Positions 35,762-45,174 of a stretch of DNA of 64,000 bases are shown here, piece after piece (the stretch's first letter is position 1; the number at the start of each line of letters is the position of its first letter). The position numbers and the translations under genes were made by a program. Origin of the DNA: a virus (Duplodnaviria; Heunggongvirae; Uroviricota; Caudoviricetes); the IMG/VR virus record IMGVR_UViG_3300016674_000066. One strand, given 5' to 3'. A model generated the notes under the pieces. It worked only from the letters and a program-made list of their open reading frames with translations, had not been told where the DNA came from and did no database searches.

Positions 35762-36078
35762 TGCATCGCATCGAAATGACGGAGGTCGACCAGCGCATCG
35801 CCAAGGTGTGCGACCCGGCCACAGCCAACCGCTATGCGGTGGTCTACCACAACCCCAACACCGGCGAGCAGTGGCTGGTAGCTCTCGTACTACCCGGCGA
35901 CATCGGCCGCTTCAGAGAGGCGTTGATCGCCCAGGGCTGCGAGATCGTGGTTGCCAACCTGGAGGGAGGCGAGTGGAACTCCGTCGCCTGGCTGCAGCGC
36001 TACCGCAAGGATGCGCCGCTGCAGGAAATCGCCGACAACCTCCGCGCCCTTGGTGGTCGCGGCTTTTACTTCAACTGA
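35761..36078 (+). CDS. Hypothetical protein (105 aa)
   Basis: ORF track. Confidence 0.45.
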   Translation: MHRIEMTEVDQRIAKVCDPATANRYAVVYHNPNTGEQWLVALVLPGDIGRFREALIAQGCEIVVANLEGGEWNSVAWLQRYRKDAPLQEIADNLRALGGRGFYFN

Positions 36079-36083
36079 CAACC

Positions 36084-36635
36084 ATGAGCTACACAGACAT
36101 CATCAGCGACGGCGGGCTGGACCCTCGTAACGCCGCAGATACCGACGCCGCGCGTCTCGCCGCCCACCGCGACCTGCACCGCACCGTGCACCAGGACATC
36201 ACCGAAGCCGTCCGCCACCGCATCATGGTCGAAGCCGCCAACACCGAGGCAGAGATCCGATGCAAGCTGATCGACATGGGCTGGCGCCCGCCGACCAAGC
36301 CTGTCAACCAGCCGCAGGTGCCCACAAAAGCGTGGCTGCACGCCACCAGCGACGCCTGCGTCACCACGGACCCAACCGCTTACGACAAAGGGCGCCAGCT
36401 GGTCCTCAAGGACGACGTGTGCGACCACGTCGAGTGGCTCGAGGCAGGCATCGACGAGTGGCGTGGCGAAGCGATGACGCAGCGCAAACACGCATCCGCC
36501 GCGCGCGCCACGGCAACAATAGCCATCCGCCACCTGCAAGCCATCCTAAACGAGAGCCGCACGGCAACCGAGTCCTGGCAAGCCGAGCAGGAGGCGCGTC
36601 AGTGGCTCCTCAGTATCGGAAGCGAACCGCGCTGA
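36084..36635 (+). CDS. Hypothetical protein (about 183 aa)
   Basis: Internal ATG lying after the stop of the upstream gene. Confidence 0.45.
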   Translation: MSYTDIISDGGLDPRNAADTDAARLAAHRDLHRTVHQDITEAVRHRIMVEAANTEAEIRCKLIDMGWRPPTKPVNQPQVPTKAWLHATSDACVTTDPTAYDKGRQLVLKDDVCDHVEWLEAGIDEWRGEAMTQRKHASAARATATIAIRHLQAILNESRTATESWQAEQEARQWLLSIGSEPR

Positions 36636-36667
36636 GCCGCACCCATCAACCAACCGGAGATTGATCC

Positions 36668-37006
36668 ATGAAAAAACTCGCCATCGCCATTGCCGCCCTC
36701 GCGCTTTCGGCTGCATCACACGCCCAGTCCTGGACTGGCAACGACCTGCTGACTCGCCTGCAGTCAGACGAGCACGGCTCACGCATGGCCGCCCTTGGCT
36801 ACGTGCGCGGCATCGCTGACGCGCTGCAGGGTGAGATCTTTTGCCCGCCCGACGGCGTGACCTATGGCCAGGCCTACGACGTCGTGGCCAACTGGCTGAC
36901 CGTCAATGCTGCGCAGCGGCACCGTGGAGCTGGGCCACTGACGATCGTTGCCCTGGCATCAACCTGGCCCTGCAAACAGCAGCGGCAGCAGAAAGGTGGC
37001 GCCTGA
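36668..37006 (+). CDS. Secreted hypothetical protein carrying a signal peptide
   Basis: MKKLAIAIAALALSAASHAQ. Confidence 0.5.
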   Translation: MKKLAIAIAALALSAASHAQSWTGNDLLTRLQSDEHGSRMAALGYVRGIADALQGEIFCPPDGVTYGQAYDVVANWLTVNAAQRHRGAGPLTIVALASTWPCKQQRQQKGGA

Positions 37007-37076
37007 TGTGTCGCCGGCCTAACCTCTTTGGGTGGTTCGTCTAGGCCATCATCATCTTGATTTTTTGGATTGCATC

Positions 37077-37406
37077 ATGAACGAAAACGAAGTTATCAAG
37101 GGTCTCGCGAATCGCGTTAGCGCCATCGCCAAGCTGGAGAAAGAACTGGTCGAAGCCGAAACTGTGATGCGCAGGCTCGAGCTGAAGCTCAATGACCAGG
37201 GGGTGACCGTCGTCCTGGGTGGTGTGCATCACTCGGTCACCACCATTCGTTATGGGCAGTACGGCGGGGTCTCTTCCGAGGTCTCGCCCGGGGCCTCCGA
37301 CCTGCACGCGCTCTGCCTGAAGCTTCAGCGCAGCCACATCATTTCACTCAAGAGCAGGATCGAAGGACAGCGCTTCAAGCTCAAGAAGGAGGTTGCGCAA
37401 GTCTGA
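37077..37406 (+). CDS. Hypothetical protein (109 aa)
   Basis: ORF track, internal start. Confidence 0.4.
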   Translation: MNENEVIKGLANRVSAIAKLEKELVEAETVMRRLELKLNDQGVTVVLGGVHHSVTTIRYGQYGGVSSEVSPGASDLHALCLKLQRSHIISLKSRIEGQRFKLKKEVAQV

Positions 37407-37409
37407 CTT

Positions 37410-37477
37410 TTTTTGTCGGCTGTGTGGCAACAATTGCTTGTCTGTGCAATAATATGTTCAGCAAAGGAGTTTGAGAA
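37410..37477 (+). promoter_or_regulatory. Cassette promoter/operator module, copy 2
   Basis: TTTTTTTGTCGG...GCAACAATTGC...GCAATAATATG...GGAG..ATG. Confidence 0.45.
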
Positions 37478-37723
37478 ATGGCAACAAGGACTTTTGTCGT
37501 ACAGGTTGAGGCAAGAAAAGACATCGCCGACCTGGGCGACATCATCGCCAACCGCGCTTACACCATCGACGGCGTCGAGAACGCGACAGCTACCGAGATA
37601 ACGGTAGCAGTGGCCGATGACGCGGAGCTCAGCGTCGACATGGTCGATGACTGGCCCGACACGTTCCTGGAGCGGCTTGGCCGCGCGATCGACGGCTTCG
37701 TCGAGGGCTGGCGTGGACATTGA
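37478..37723 (+). CDS. Hypothetical protein (81 aa)
   Basis: ORF track; RBS AAAGGAG. Confidence 0.45.
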   Translation: MATRTFVVQVEARKDIADLGDIIANRAYTIDGVENATATEITVAVADDAELSVDMVDDWPDTFLERLGRAIDGFVEGWRGH

Positions 37724-37967
37724 GATCCGTGCGTGCGGCATCCCGTGCGTTGCGCGGGTGACCCACTACGTCGTCAAGAAGGGAGACCCGTCCTGCAAGG
37801 ACTCCGACCTGGACTTCTACGGGTACACGGAGCTCGAGTACGACATCCTGGATAGACGACTTCGACCGGCCTCATGGCTGGAGAGGAAGATCAGAGAAAC
37901 AAAAGGCGCCGACGACCTTGTCCGTGAGCAGGTGTTGGCCGGATTGGAAGGTGATGACCATGAGTGA
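37713..37967 (+). CDS. Hypothetical protein (84 aa, GTG start)
   Basis: ORF track. Confidence 0.4.
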   Translation: MDIEIRACGIPCVARVTHYVVKKGDPSCKDSDLDFYGYTELEYDILDRRLRPASWLERKIRETKGADDLVREQVLAGLEGDDHE

Positions 37968-38319
37968 TTGCGACAGCTGCAGCGGGTGCCCGGCATCCGC
38001 AGACCCCGGGACTTGCGAGGATGCATCGAAGCAAGTGCTCTCCCATGGCCTGGTCCAGTACACGATCGAGAGCGATGTTGATACGTGTCGCGGGTGCGTC
38101 GCCCTTGGAGACGGTGACCTGTGTCAGGAGCTCTCAGCCAAGCACAAGTGCGCGACCAACAGCGTCATCTTTGCGCGCGTCCCATCCCGGCTTTCGCCGT
38201 CCGACTTCGATGAGCTGAAGAAGAGGGCCATCGAGCTGCATGCTGGCGAGTGGCTGCATCACTGGGGTCGCCTGGTCGAGGATGAGGTTCTGCGCCGCAA
38301 CGGGGTGATCGTCAAATGA
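37954..38319 (+). CDS. Cys-rich hypothetical protein
   Basis: CDSCSGCPASADPGTCED. Confidence 0.4.
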   Translation: MTMSDCDSCSGCPASADPGTCEDASKQVLSHGLVQYTIESDVDTCRGCVALGDGDLCQELSAKHKCATNSVIFARVPSRLSPSDFDELKKRAIELHAGEWLHHWGRLVEDEVLRRNGVIVK

Positions 38320-38960
38320 AGTTCTCGTTTGACCCGTCCTACGTGCCGCTGCTGTCTCGCTTCATGGCGAAGCACGACATCCGCTACTACCTCAACGGCA
38401 TCCGCGTGGAGCCGTCCGAAAAGGGTGGCGTCTACCTGGTGGCCACCAACGGCCACATCATGCTGGTGATCCACGACGCCTCCGGCACCTTCGAGGGTGA
38501 CGCCAAAAGCTATGCATCCATCAGGCTCACGCCGTGGTTCATTTCGGCCTGCAAGTCTCGCGACGTGAAGTCCTACGTGCTGCGCGCACACCTGGATGGC
38601 AAGCGCTTGTACATCGGGCCGGAGTCCGGCGAGCACCACCACACCCTGGAGAAATTCGTTCAGGGCGGGAGCCCGTTCATCGAAGGCAACTTCCCAAACT
38701 GGCGACGCCTGCTGCCGGACTTCTCAAGTCTGGAATCCGGCGGCTTTGTCAACGGTGGCGTGGCTACCAGTAGCCTGGTCCCGTTCCACACGAGCAGTAA
38801 GTACTCGGCTATCAGGCTTTGGCGCGCAACTGGTGCAACCGATGGGCAGGCCACCTACGTGCAAATGGTCGACATGCCGGAGGCGCTGGGGATCGTGATG
38901 CCGACGCGCTGCGACTACCCGCACCAGTTCATCAAGCACATGCCAGGAGCAGGAAAGTGA
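38316..38960 (+). CDS. Truncated DnaN-like sliding-clamp protein (214 aa; domain II plus part of domain III)
   Basis: DIRYYLNGIRVEPSEKGGVYLVATNGHIMLV matches DnaN RYYLNGMLFE...TVATDGHRLAV; NFPNWRRLLP matches FPDYRRVLP; the C-terminal IVMPTR matches VVMPMRL. Confidence 0.6.
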   Translation: MKFSFDPSYVPLLSRFMAKHDIRYYLNGIRVEPSEKGGVYLVATNGHIMLVIHDASGTFEGDAKSYASIRLTPWFISACKSRDVKSYVLRAHLDGKRLYIGPESGEHHHTLEKFVQGGSPFIEGNFPNWRRLLPDFSSLESGGFVNGGVATSSLVPFHTSSKYSAIRLWRATGATDGQATYVQMVDMPEALGIVMPTRCDYPHQFIKHMPGAGK

Positions 38961-39181
38961 ACAATCGCGAGCGTCAGATCAGGAAGCTGATCTCTGACTC
39001 TGGCCTGGAGTGCTCCGCACTCCGGTTAGCCAAGAGTGGGCACTACAAGGCCACGGTCGTGTCGGAGTCCGGCAGGGCCGCCCAGGCCATGTTCTCAGGG
39101 ACGCCGAGCGATCGGCGTGGCGACCTCAACAAGAAGTCCTCCCTGAGGCATTTTGCAAAGACTGGGGTGATGCGTGGCTGA
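38957..39181 (+). CDS. Hypothetical protein (74 aa, GTG start)
   Basis: ORF track. Confidence 0.35.
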   Translation: MNNRERQIRKLISDSGLECSALRLAKSGHYKATVVSESGRAAQAMFSGTPSDRRGDLNKKSSLRHFAKTGVMRG

Positions 39182-39401
39182 GGCAAAGACTTATGGCTTG
39201 TGGTGTGGGCAGCGTGCCTTCATGTGGCACGGCCACGTCCACCTGATGATCGGTGACCATGGCAGCTGGGTGAAGCTGGTTGGCCAGACCCACGACTTCC
39301 ACCCGTTCACCGAGGCGGATCTCAGAGACCCGAAATACCGCACCGACCTCAAGCGGGTTGGCGGCGAGTACGTCTCGGCCTATGCAACGAGGGTCGCCTG
39401 A
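39174..39401 (+). CDS. Hypothetical protein (75 aa)
   Basis: ORF track. Confidence 0.4.
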   Translation: MAEAKTYGLWCGQRAFMWHGHVHLMIGDHGSWVKLVGQTHDFHPFTEADLRDPKYRTDLKRVGGEYVSAYATRVA

Positions 39402-39670
39402 TGGAGTTGATGGGTTACAGCGTCTGTGCTGGGTTGAACAAGGACGTCGCCAAGAGGCAGCACTACTCCACGGTTGGCCAGTGCATCGAGGCGGTGCGCG
39501 CGGCGAGCAACCCTGGCGGGATCTGGATGGCGCCGGTCACCAGGTTCGGCGTCGGGCGGTGGATTCAGGTCGCCAGGTATGACGGCCGTGGTCGAGTTTT
39601 TGTTGGCATGGATGATGAGGAGGCCACGGAAGAGGCCTTGATCAAGCTTGCCAACTTCATGTTGTTGTGA
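39401..39670 (+). CDS. Hypothetical protein (89 aa)
   Basis: ORF track. Confidence 0.4.
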   Translation: MELMGYSVCAGLNKDVAKRQHYSTVGQCIEAVRAASNPGGIWMAPVTRFGVGRWIQVARYDGRGRVFVGMDDEEATEEALIKLANFMLL

Positions 39671-39677
39671 GGTTCCC

Positions 39678-39977
39678 ATGCGGAGGGAAGAGCGAAACAA
39701 ACTGAGGATAGATACAACAAACGACGCGGTGCGCAAGGCGCTGCGTGACAACCGGGGCGGGCTCACCACAAAGCAGGTGAGTGCCATCACGGGGCTGACC
39801 GGCGCGGCCGTCTACAACGCGCTCTACAGGTTGCCGGAGGTCTGGATAGACAGCTGGCTACTGACTGGCACACAGGGCCGCCCGTCGGCCGTCTGGAAGA
39901 TCGTGCCGGACGACTGCCCATCGCCCAAGGCGTCCGGCAGGAAGAAGTCAACCAAACGCAAGAAGGTGGTCCAATGA
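39678..39977 (+). CDS. HTH protein
   Basis: LTTKQVSAITGLTGAAVYNALYRL. Confidence 0.45.
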   Translation: MRREERNKLRIDTTNDAVRKALRDNRGGLTTKQVSAITGLTGAAVYNALYRLPEVWIDSWLLTGTQGRPSAVWKIVPDDCPSPKASGRKKSTKRKKVVQ

Positions 39978-40288
39978 AGTTCACGGACCTGCAATTGATC
40001 GAGGCTGTTGAGCAGGCCTGCCGCGAGGCGACATTCGCCTTTGCCGGGCTGCTGGAGCACGTCAAGAACGACGACGGCGCAGTCGTCCACCATGGCGGCA
40101 TGACGCCTCGGATTGCCTACATCCTGGGCGCAAACGACCAGATGGTCCGCCGACGCCTGGCGACGATGCACAAGAAGGGCCTGATGAAGCGCCATCAGGG
40201 GCGCGGCAACGGAACCATCCGTTGGTGGCCCGTCGGCCTGTTTGACCGCGTCAGCGCGGGCAAAGAAGTTTCCCAACCCGCCAACTGA
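39974..40288 (+). CDS. Hypothetical winged-helix-like protein
   Basis: ORF track. Confidence 0.4.
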   Translation: MKFTDLQLIEAVEQACREATFAFAGLLEHVKNDDGAVVHHGGMTPRIAYILGANDQMVRRRLATMHKKGLMKRHQGRGNGTIRWWPVGLFDRVSAGKEVSQPAN

Positions 40289-40300
40289 CAGGAGGTCAAC

Positions 40301-40669
40301 ATGGCAAATCTCGAAGATGTGAAAGCTCGTAGGCGCCAAGAGGCGTTCATGTCCGCCCTCAAGACCCTGGATGCCCAGGGTTGCAAGTACAAGGTCATCA
40401 AGGATGATGGTCAACAGTTCGGCGACCTGGTCCTGCAGAGCGATGTTGTTGCGCCGAAGCGGAGAGACTGCAAGCGTTACGGATACATCGAAAAAATCTC
40501 CGGCATGAAGGTGGACGACATTGTCACGATCAAGGCTGACAGTCTGGAGGACATGAAGACGCTCGCTGCCTGCTGTTGCCACTACGGGTCCAGAATTTTT
40601 GGCGTGCGCTCGATCGCATCCAAGACCAACAAAGACACCCTTGAGGTTGAGCTTTATCGAAAATACTGA
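40301..40669 (+). CDS. Hypothetical protein (122 aa)
   Basis: ORF track; RBS GGAGG. Confidence 0.45.
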   Translation: MANLEDVKARRRQEAFMSALKTLDAQGCKYKVIKDDGQQFGDLVLQSDVVAPKRRDCKRYGYIEKISGMKVDDIVTIKADSLEDMKTLAACCCHYGSRIFGVRSIASKTNKDTLEVELYRKY

Positions 40670-40689
40670 CCGTAATTCCTGAGTGTTGC

Positions 40690-40769
40690 GTGTGGGTATT
40701 GCTTGACGCTTTTTGTTCTGTCGTCAACAATTCCTTCACCGCAACACAGTTTGTTTCAGGAGTACCGCA
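40690..40769 (+). promoter_or_regulatory. Cassette promoter/operator module, copy 3
   Basis: CTTGACgcTTTTTGTTCTGTCGTCAACAATTCC..CACCGCAACACAG...AGGAG..GTG. Confidence 0.5.
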
Positions 40770-41168
40770 GTGAAGATCGAACTCAACATCGGCCTCGACG
40801 TCAAGGGCAGCACCAACACCCAGGTGCAGCGCACCGAGCGTGCCCGCAAGGCCTTGGACATCATCCGCGCCGCCGGCCTGCGCTATCAGGTCGAGCGCCT
40901 GGCCAGCCAGTACGAAGACAACGAGGGCGTGGTTCACCTCGAGGACACCCTGGTGGTCGAGGCTGACGTGCCGCCCATCGGTGGCGAGCGCACCATCAAC
41001 GCCCTGGCGTACCAGATCTGCATCGAGATCCAGCAGGAGTGCATCGCCGTCTACAACCATGTCCGCCAGCGCGGCGAGCTGATCGGCCCGAATGCCAGCT
41101 CCTGGGGCTCGTTCGACATCAACTTCTTCCGGTTCTACAGCGAGGCGGCCCTGCCGCGTGCAGCATGA
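40770..41168 (+). CDS. Hypothetical protein (GTG start)
   Basis: ORF track. Confidence 0.45.
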   Translation: MKIELNIGLDVKGSTNTQVQRTERARKALDIIRAAGLRYQVERLASQYEDNEGVVHLEDTLVVEADVPPIGGERTINALAYQICIEIQQECIAVYNHVRQRGELIGPNASSWGSFDINFFRFYSEAALPRAA

Positions 41169-41575
41169 GTGCGCAGCAGATACAGGGGAGGCTGCAAGCC
41201 CATCACGATCACGGATGGCTTGTAATCGAATCAGACTGCGGTGGGCTGTATATCAAGGTCGAGAAAGGCTCTGCCGCATCAAAATCGATGCCGGCCGCCC
41301 GCCGTCTGGTGGCTTGCTGGAATGCGTGCGAAGGCATCAGCACCGAGTCGCTGGAGCGAGGACCGCTGTCTAAGGCATTCGAGCTTGAGCAGGACCGGGC
41401 AGATTCTGCTGGGCGCCAGCGCGACGAACTGCTGGCGGCGCTGAATCAGGTGCGAGGCGAAGTGCAATACATGGCCAGCGGCATGACGCACTCGACGTGG
41501 CGAACCAAGCAAGCGCAAGATGCGATGGCAAATATCGACGCAGCCATCGCCAAGGTGAAAGGCGGTACGGCATGA
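41165..41575 (+). CDS. Ead/Ea22-like hypothetical protein (a paralog of 32315-32812)
   Basis: ARRLVACWNACEGISTESL and ...KVKGGTA. Confidence 0.5.
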   Translation: MSAQQIQGRLQAHHDHGWLVIESDCGGLYIKVEKGSAASKSMPAARRLVACWNACEGISTESLERGPLSKAFELEQDRADSAGRQRDELLAALNQVRGEVQYMASGMTHSTWRTKQAQDAMANIDAAIAKVKGGTA

Positions 41576-41799
41576 CAAAGAACGGCTGCTACAACCGCGC
41601 CCCCTTCCTCCCGGGCATCCACCTCCAGAAGCTGGAGGCCGGGCGGGGTGGGTTCGTGAACATCAAGACAATCTTCATCCCTCACCGGATGACGACCGAG
41701 TGCCAGTACAGCCGAGACCCCATGGGCCTCGGGCAAAAAGACCTCGGCTGTGTCGGGTGCAAGTGGAAAGCAGGAGAGCAGGATGCCGGCCCAACTTAG
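41572..41799 (+). CDS. Hypothetical protein (75 aa)
   Basis: ORF track. Confidence 0.4.
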   Translation: MTKNGCYNRAPFLPGIHLQKLEAGRGGFVNIKTIFIPHRMTTECQYSRDPMGLGQKDLGCVGCKWKAGEQDAGPT

Positions 41800-42037
41800 T
41801 GAAAAGGCGAAGGCGCAGATCATGGATGGGGTTGCTAGCTTCTTGGGTGCAGGAGGTGGGGCGATTAAGTTCAACGGGATCTCTTTTAGTAAGTCAGGCG
41901 ATGTGTTTCGCGTAGGGTTTTGCCACAACGGGGTCGAGATTGCATTCGAGCATGTTTCGGGTGCGAGGCTTGATCTCGGCGACATCATTCATGTCAACGG
42001 TTTTGATGGTTCCATGGGTTTGGAGATTTCAAATTGA
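41783..42037 (+). CDS. Hypothetical protein (84 aa)
   Basis: ORF track, internal start. Confidence 0.35.
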   Translation: MPAQLSEKAKAQIMDGVASFLGAGGGAIKFNGISFSKSGDVFRVGFCHNGVEIAFEHVSGARLDLGDIIHVNGFDGSMGLEISN

Positions 42038-42444
42038 GTACGAAGCAAGAGCGCGTCGAGCACGCCAACCAACTCATCCAGGCGATCGCCAAGTATGGCC
42101 GCCGGTTCTTCTACGACAAGAGGCACGACCGCGTGGCGCACATCGAGCTGCGCCGTGGCCGGGTGTACTTCGTCGACGACTACACCGGCAAAGCCATCTA
42201 CACCCACGAAACCATCTGGACCAACCGGTGGCGTGGCTTCAGCCATGGGGGCACGCTGCGCAGCCTGATCGAGCGCATGCGCGACTACATCATGGCCGGC
42301 GAACAGATACCGATCGGATTCATTGCGCCCTCGTACTACGACGACACCAAGGGCAACATCTGGGGCTACGACAGCCTGGAGGCATACAAGCTGCGCACCG
42401 AGGCCATGGGCATGCCGATCATTGATGGGGTGAGCCGTGTCTGA
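42034..42444 (+). CDS. Hypothetical protein (TTG start)
   Basis: ORF track. Confidence 0.4.
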   Translation: MSTKQERVEHANQLIQAIAKYGRRFFYDKRHDRVAHIELRRGRVYFVDDYTGKAIYTHETIWTNRWRGFSHGGTLRSLIERMRDYIMAGEQIPIGFIAPSYYDDTKGNIWGYDSLEAYKLRTEAMGMPIIDGVSRV

Positions 42445-43045
42445 TCTGAAAGCATACGTGGCCACCGATGGTGGCGATGGCTGGGCCGTTGTGTTCGGCA
42501 AGACCAATGGGCACGCTCGCCGGCTGGCGGCCGACGAGATTGGTTGCGGATTCGAGGACATCGAGATGTGCCGCCGCGACCGTCGCTTCGATGCCTACGC
42601 TGGCAAGAAGATCCCGCTGCAGGCCTACCTGGATTGCGGCTGGAGGTATGAGTGCTCGAACTGCGGCGATGTGTTCGACTCCGAGCCAGACGAGTTCCGG
42701 CTTGATGGCGAAGGTTTTCCGGTGGACACAGAGAGTCTGGCGCCGGTAGAGGACGAGATTGGCATCTACTGCTGTGCGGCCTGCCAGATGGCGGGCTACC
42801 AGGGCTTTCTTCTGCGAGGCCACAGCGACGCCGCGATAATCGAGGCGGTCGAGATCAACTTCCCTGGCGCGAAGGATGTGCAGGCCTTCAGCTCCAGGAG
42901 TGGCAGCACGGCATGGTTTCGGTTTCCGGGCTCCCATGGCCACGCAACATGGAAGGTCGGCGCCAGCGAGGTGAGCCTTGATCAGCGAGACGTACAGGCA
43001 TTTGAGGCCTGGAAGAGTGCCGGCTATCCGGTGGAAATGAATTGA
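42437..43045 (+). CDS. Hypothetical Cys-rich protein (202 aa)
   Basis: ORF track. Confidence 0.45.
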   Translation: MSDLKAYVATDGGDGWAVVFGKTNGHARRLAADEIGCGFEDIEMCRRDRRFDAYAGKKIPLQAYLDCGWRYECSNCGDVFDSEPDEFRLDGEGFPVDTESLAPVEDEIGIYCCAACQMAGYQGFLLRGHSDAAIIEAVEINFPGAKDVQAFSSRSGSTAWFRFPGSHGHATWKVGASEVSLDQRDVQAFEAWKSAGYPVEMN

Positions 43046-43052
43046 ATCTGCA

Positions 43053-43856
43053 ATGAAAAACTACATTGACCTTGTCGACAAAATCATCTGCACCGGAGAG
43101 CGCCGCCAGGACCGCACCGGCGTGGGCACGCTGTCCATCTTCGGTGGCAGCATCGAGTGGGATCTGCGCGACCGCTTCCCGCTGGTGACGGCCAAGGAGA
43201 CCCGCTGGCGCACCGCGTTCCTGGAGATGCTGTGGTTCCTGCGTGGCGAGAGCGCCATCGACTGGCTCAACAAAAACGGGTCGAAGCTCTGGGATGCCTG
43301 GGCCGATGATCGTGGCCGCCTTGGTCCCATCTACGGCGTGCAATGGCGCGGCTGGCCAGACAGCGAGGGCAACTACATCGACCAGGTTGCGGTCATGATC
43401 AACGGGATTGTCAGCAACCCGACTGGCCGCCGCCACATTGTCAGCGCCTGGAACGTAACCGACCTGGATGACATGGCTCTGCCGCCCTGCCATGCCTGGC
43501 ACCAGTGCTACGCCGGGGGCGACGAGTGGCTCGACATGCAGGTCTACCAGCGCAGCTGGGACGTTGCCCTGGGGGCTCCGTTCAACATCGCTCAGTATGC
43601 GCTGCTGTTGCATCTGTACGCCCGCGCCACCGGCCGCAAGGCGCGCCGCCTGGTGTTTGCCTATGGCGATGCCCACCTGTACCTCAATCACGTCGACACG
43701 ATGAAGCGAGTGGTCGCCGCCGGCCCGGTGTGGGGCGACAGTTCGCAGCTGGTGATCAAGACCGACAATACCGACATCGACGGGTACAAGATCGACGACT
43801 TCGACATCGTCGGCTACCACCCGCGCGAGTTCGTCAAGCTCGAGGTTGCCGTATGA
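43053..43856 (+). CDS. thyA: Thymidylate synthase
   Basis: GGSIEWDLRDRFPLVTAKE, VSAWNV, and LPPCHAWHQCY with the catalytic Cys. Confidence 0.85.
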   Translation: MKNYIDLVDKIICTGERRQDRTGVGTLSIFGGSIEWDLRDRFPLVTAKETRWRTAFLEMLWFLRGESAIDWLNKNGSKLWDAWADDRGRLGPIYGVQWRGWPDSEGNYIDQVAVMINGIVSNPTGRRHIVSAWNVTDLDDMALPPCHAWHQCYAGGDEWLDMQVYQRSWDVALGAPFNIAQYALLLHLYARATGRKARRLVFAYGDAHLYLNHVDTMKRVVAAGPVWGDSSQLVIKTDNTDIDGYKIDDFDIVGYHPREFVKLEVAV

Positions 43857-44203
43857 GTGGCTCGATCGGCGTGCGTGGCGGCACGGTGTCTGGCCGCATC
43901 CCCTTGCGCCTGGGCCTGGTGGACCTCCAGTTCCGCAAGAACCCGGAGCCGCTGAGGCGAACGGACATCCCGCCAGCAGCTGGGGCCGGACGGGTTCGCA
44001 GGGTGCAGCATGTCAAACACCCGGACGGCGTGGTACTCGAGGTCAGGCGCCTGAGTGAGCAGGCGAAGCTCTCGCGGTCCAAGATCGTTGCCGAGCTGAA
44101 GACCAAGGGCATCGAGATCGACGAAAAGGATGTCACCAGGTACGCCACCTATGCGACCCGTGGCGCCCTGGTCCCGGACGAGAACGCAGCACCCTACATC
44201 TGA
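43853..44203 (+). CDS. Hypothetical protein (116 aa)
   Basis: ATGA-type overlap with thyA. Confidence 0.45.
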   Translation: MSGSIGVRGGTVSGRIPLRLGLVDLQFRKNPEPLRRTDIPPAAGAGRVRRVQHVKHPDGVVLEVRRLSEQAKLSRSKIVAELKTKGIEIDEKDVTRYATYATRGALVPDENAAPYI

Positions 44204-44207
44204 GGAA

Positions 44208-44234
44208 AGCCCCGCCTGAGTGTGGGGTTTTTCT
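44208..44234 (+). terminator. Rho-independent terminator
   Basis: CCCCGCCTGAGTGTGGGG followed by TTTTT. Confidence 0.6.
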
Positions 44235-44304
44235 TCATTTAACTTGCAACATTTTGTTGTTGCGTCAATAATTTCTACATCGCAACGCAAACAGGAGTTC
44301 ACCA
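44235..44304 (+). promoter_or_regulatory. Cassette promoter/operator module, copy 4
   Basis: TTGCAACATTTTGTTGTTGCGTCAATAATTTC..CGCAACGCAAAcaGGAG..ATG. Confidence 0.55.
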
Positions 44305-44822
44305 TGTATTTAGGTCACCACCCCGACGGCAGCGGCGTCCAGCTTCACAGTGCTGGCGGCCTGTACCCCTACGTCATCGCACTGCGCGAGCGCTACAACA
44401 GCGAGACCGACAGCTTCGTCCGCACCTACGAAGTGACCGGCCCGGCTGCCGAGTACGAGTGCCCGACCTGGGATGAGGCAGTGGCCTTTGCAGAGGCGCG
44501 ACGCGACGAGTGGAAAGGGCGCAACAAGCCGGTCAAGGTTGAGCGACCGGCGCCGCGCCAGCCTGGCGGCATTGGCATCGAGGCCAGCGTCAAGGGCCAG
44601 CATGCCGTGGGCGTCCATCAGACGACGTTCAATGGCATCACCTACGAGACCTACTACATCGTCGGCCCGCGCGCCACGGATGAGGTGTTCTACACCCACC
44701 GCGCGGCCACCAGGGCGATCGACTACCTGGAGAGCGACTTCCACACGATCGAGCTGCAGTTCACTCGGGCACGCCAGCGCGCCTGGAGCCAGTGGGCTGC
44801 AGACCGCAACAAGACTCACTGA
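44305..44822 (+). CDS. Hypothetical protein (172 aa)
   Basis: ORF track. Confidence 0.5.
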
Positions 44823-44902
44823 TGACCCAGCCATCTGCCCGGCGCGCTGCGGCAGATGGGTGTGAATCACCGACCCATCCAAAACCTTGAAAGGAAAATG
44901 AA

Positions 44903-45130
44903 ATGCAAGACCTCGCCCAGATCCGCCGCCAGAATGGCAACCACATCAACAGCGTTGTGCCCGACCTGGTCGCCCAAGGCAAGCACGTTGTCGTCCACTA
45001 CACCGGCCTGAACTACGCGGGCCACCAGGCTTTCGACACCGCCGAGGAGGCCGCAGGCTACGCCGAGAAGAAGGCGACCGAGCGCGGCACCACCGTCAAG
45101 ACCTACAGCCCCGACCCGGTCGCAGCCTGA
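44903..45130 (+). CDS. Hypothetical protein (75 aa)
   Basis: ORF track. Confidence 0.45.
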   Translation: MQDLAQIRRQNGNHINSVVPDLVAQGKHVVVHYTGLNYAGHQAFDTAEEAAGYAEKKATERGTTVKTYSPDPVAA

Positions 45131-45174
45131 TTCATCAAGTCCGGCCCACCCGGGCCGGCACCCAGGAGTTCACG

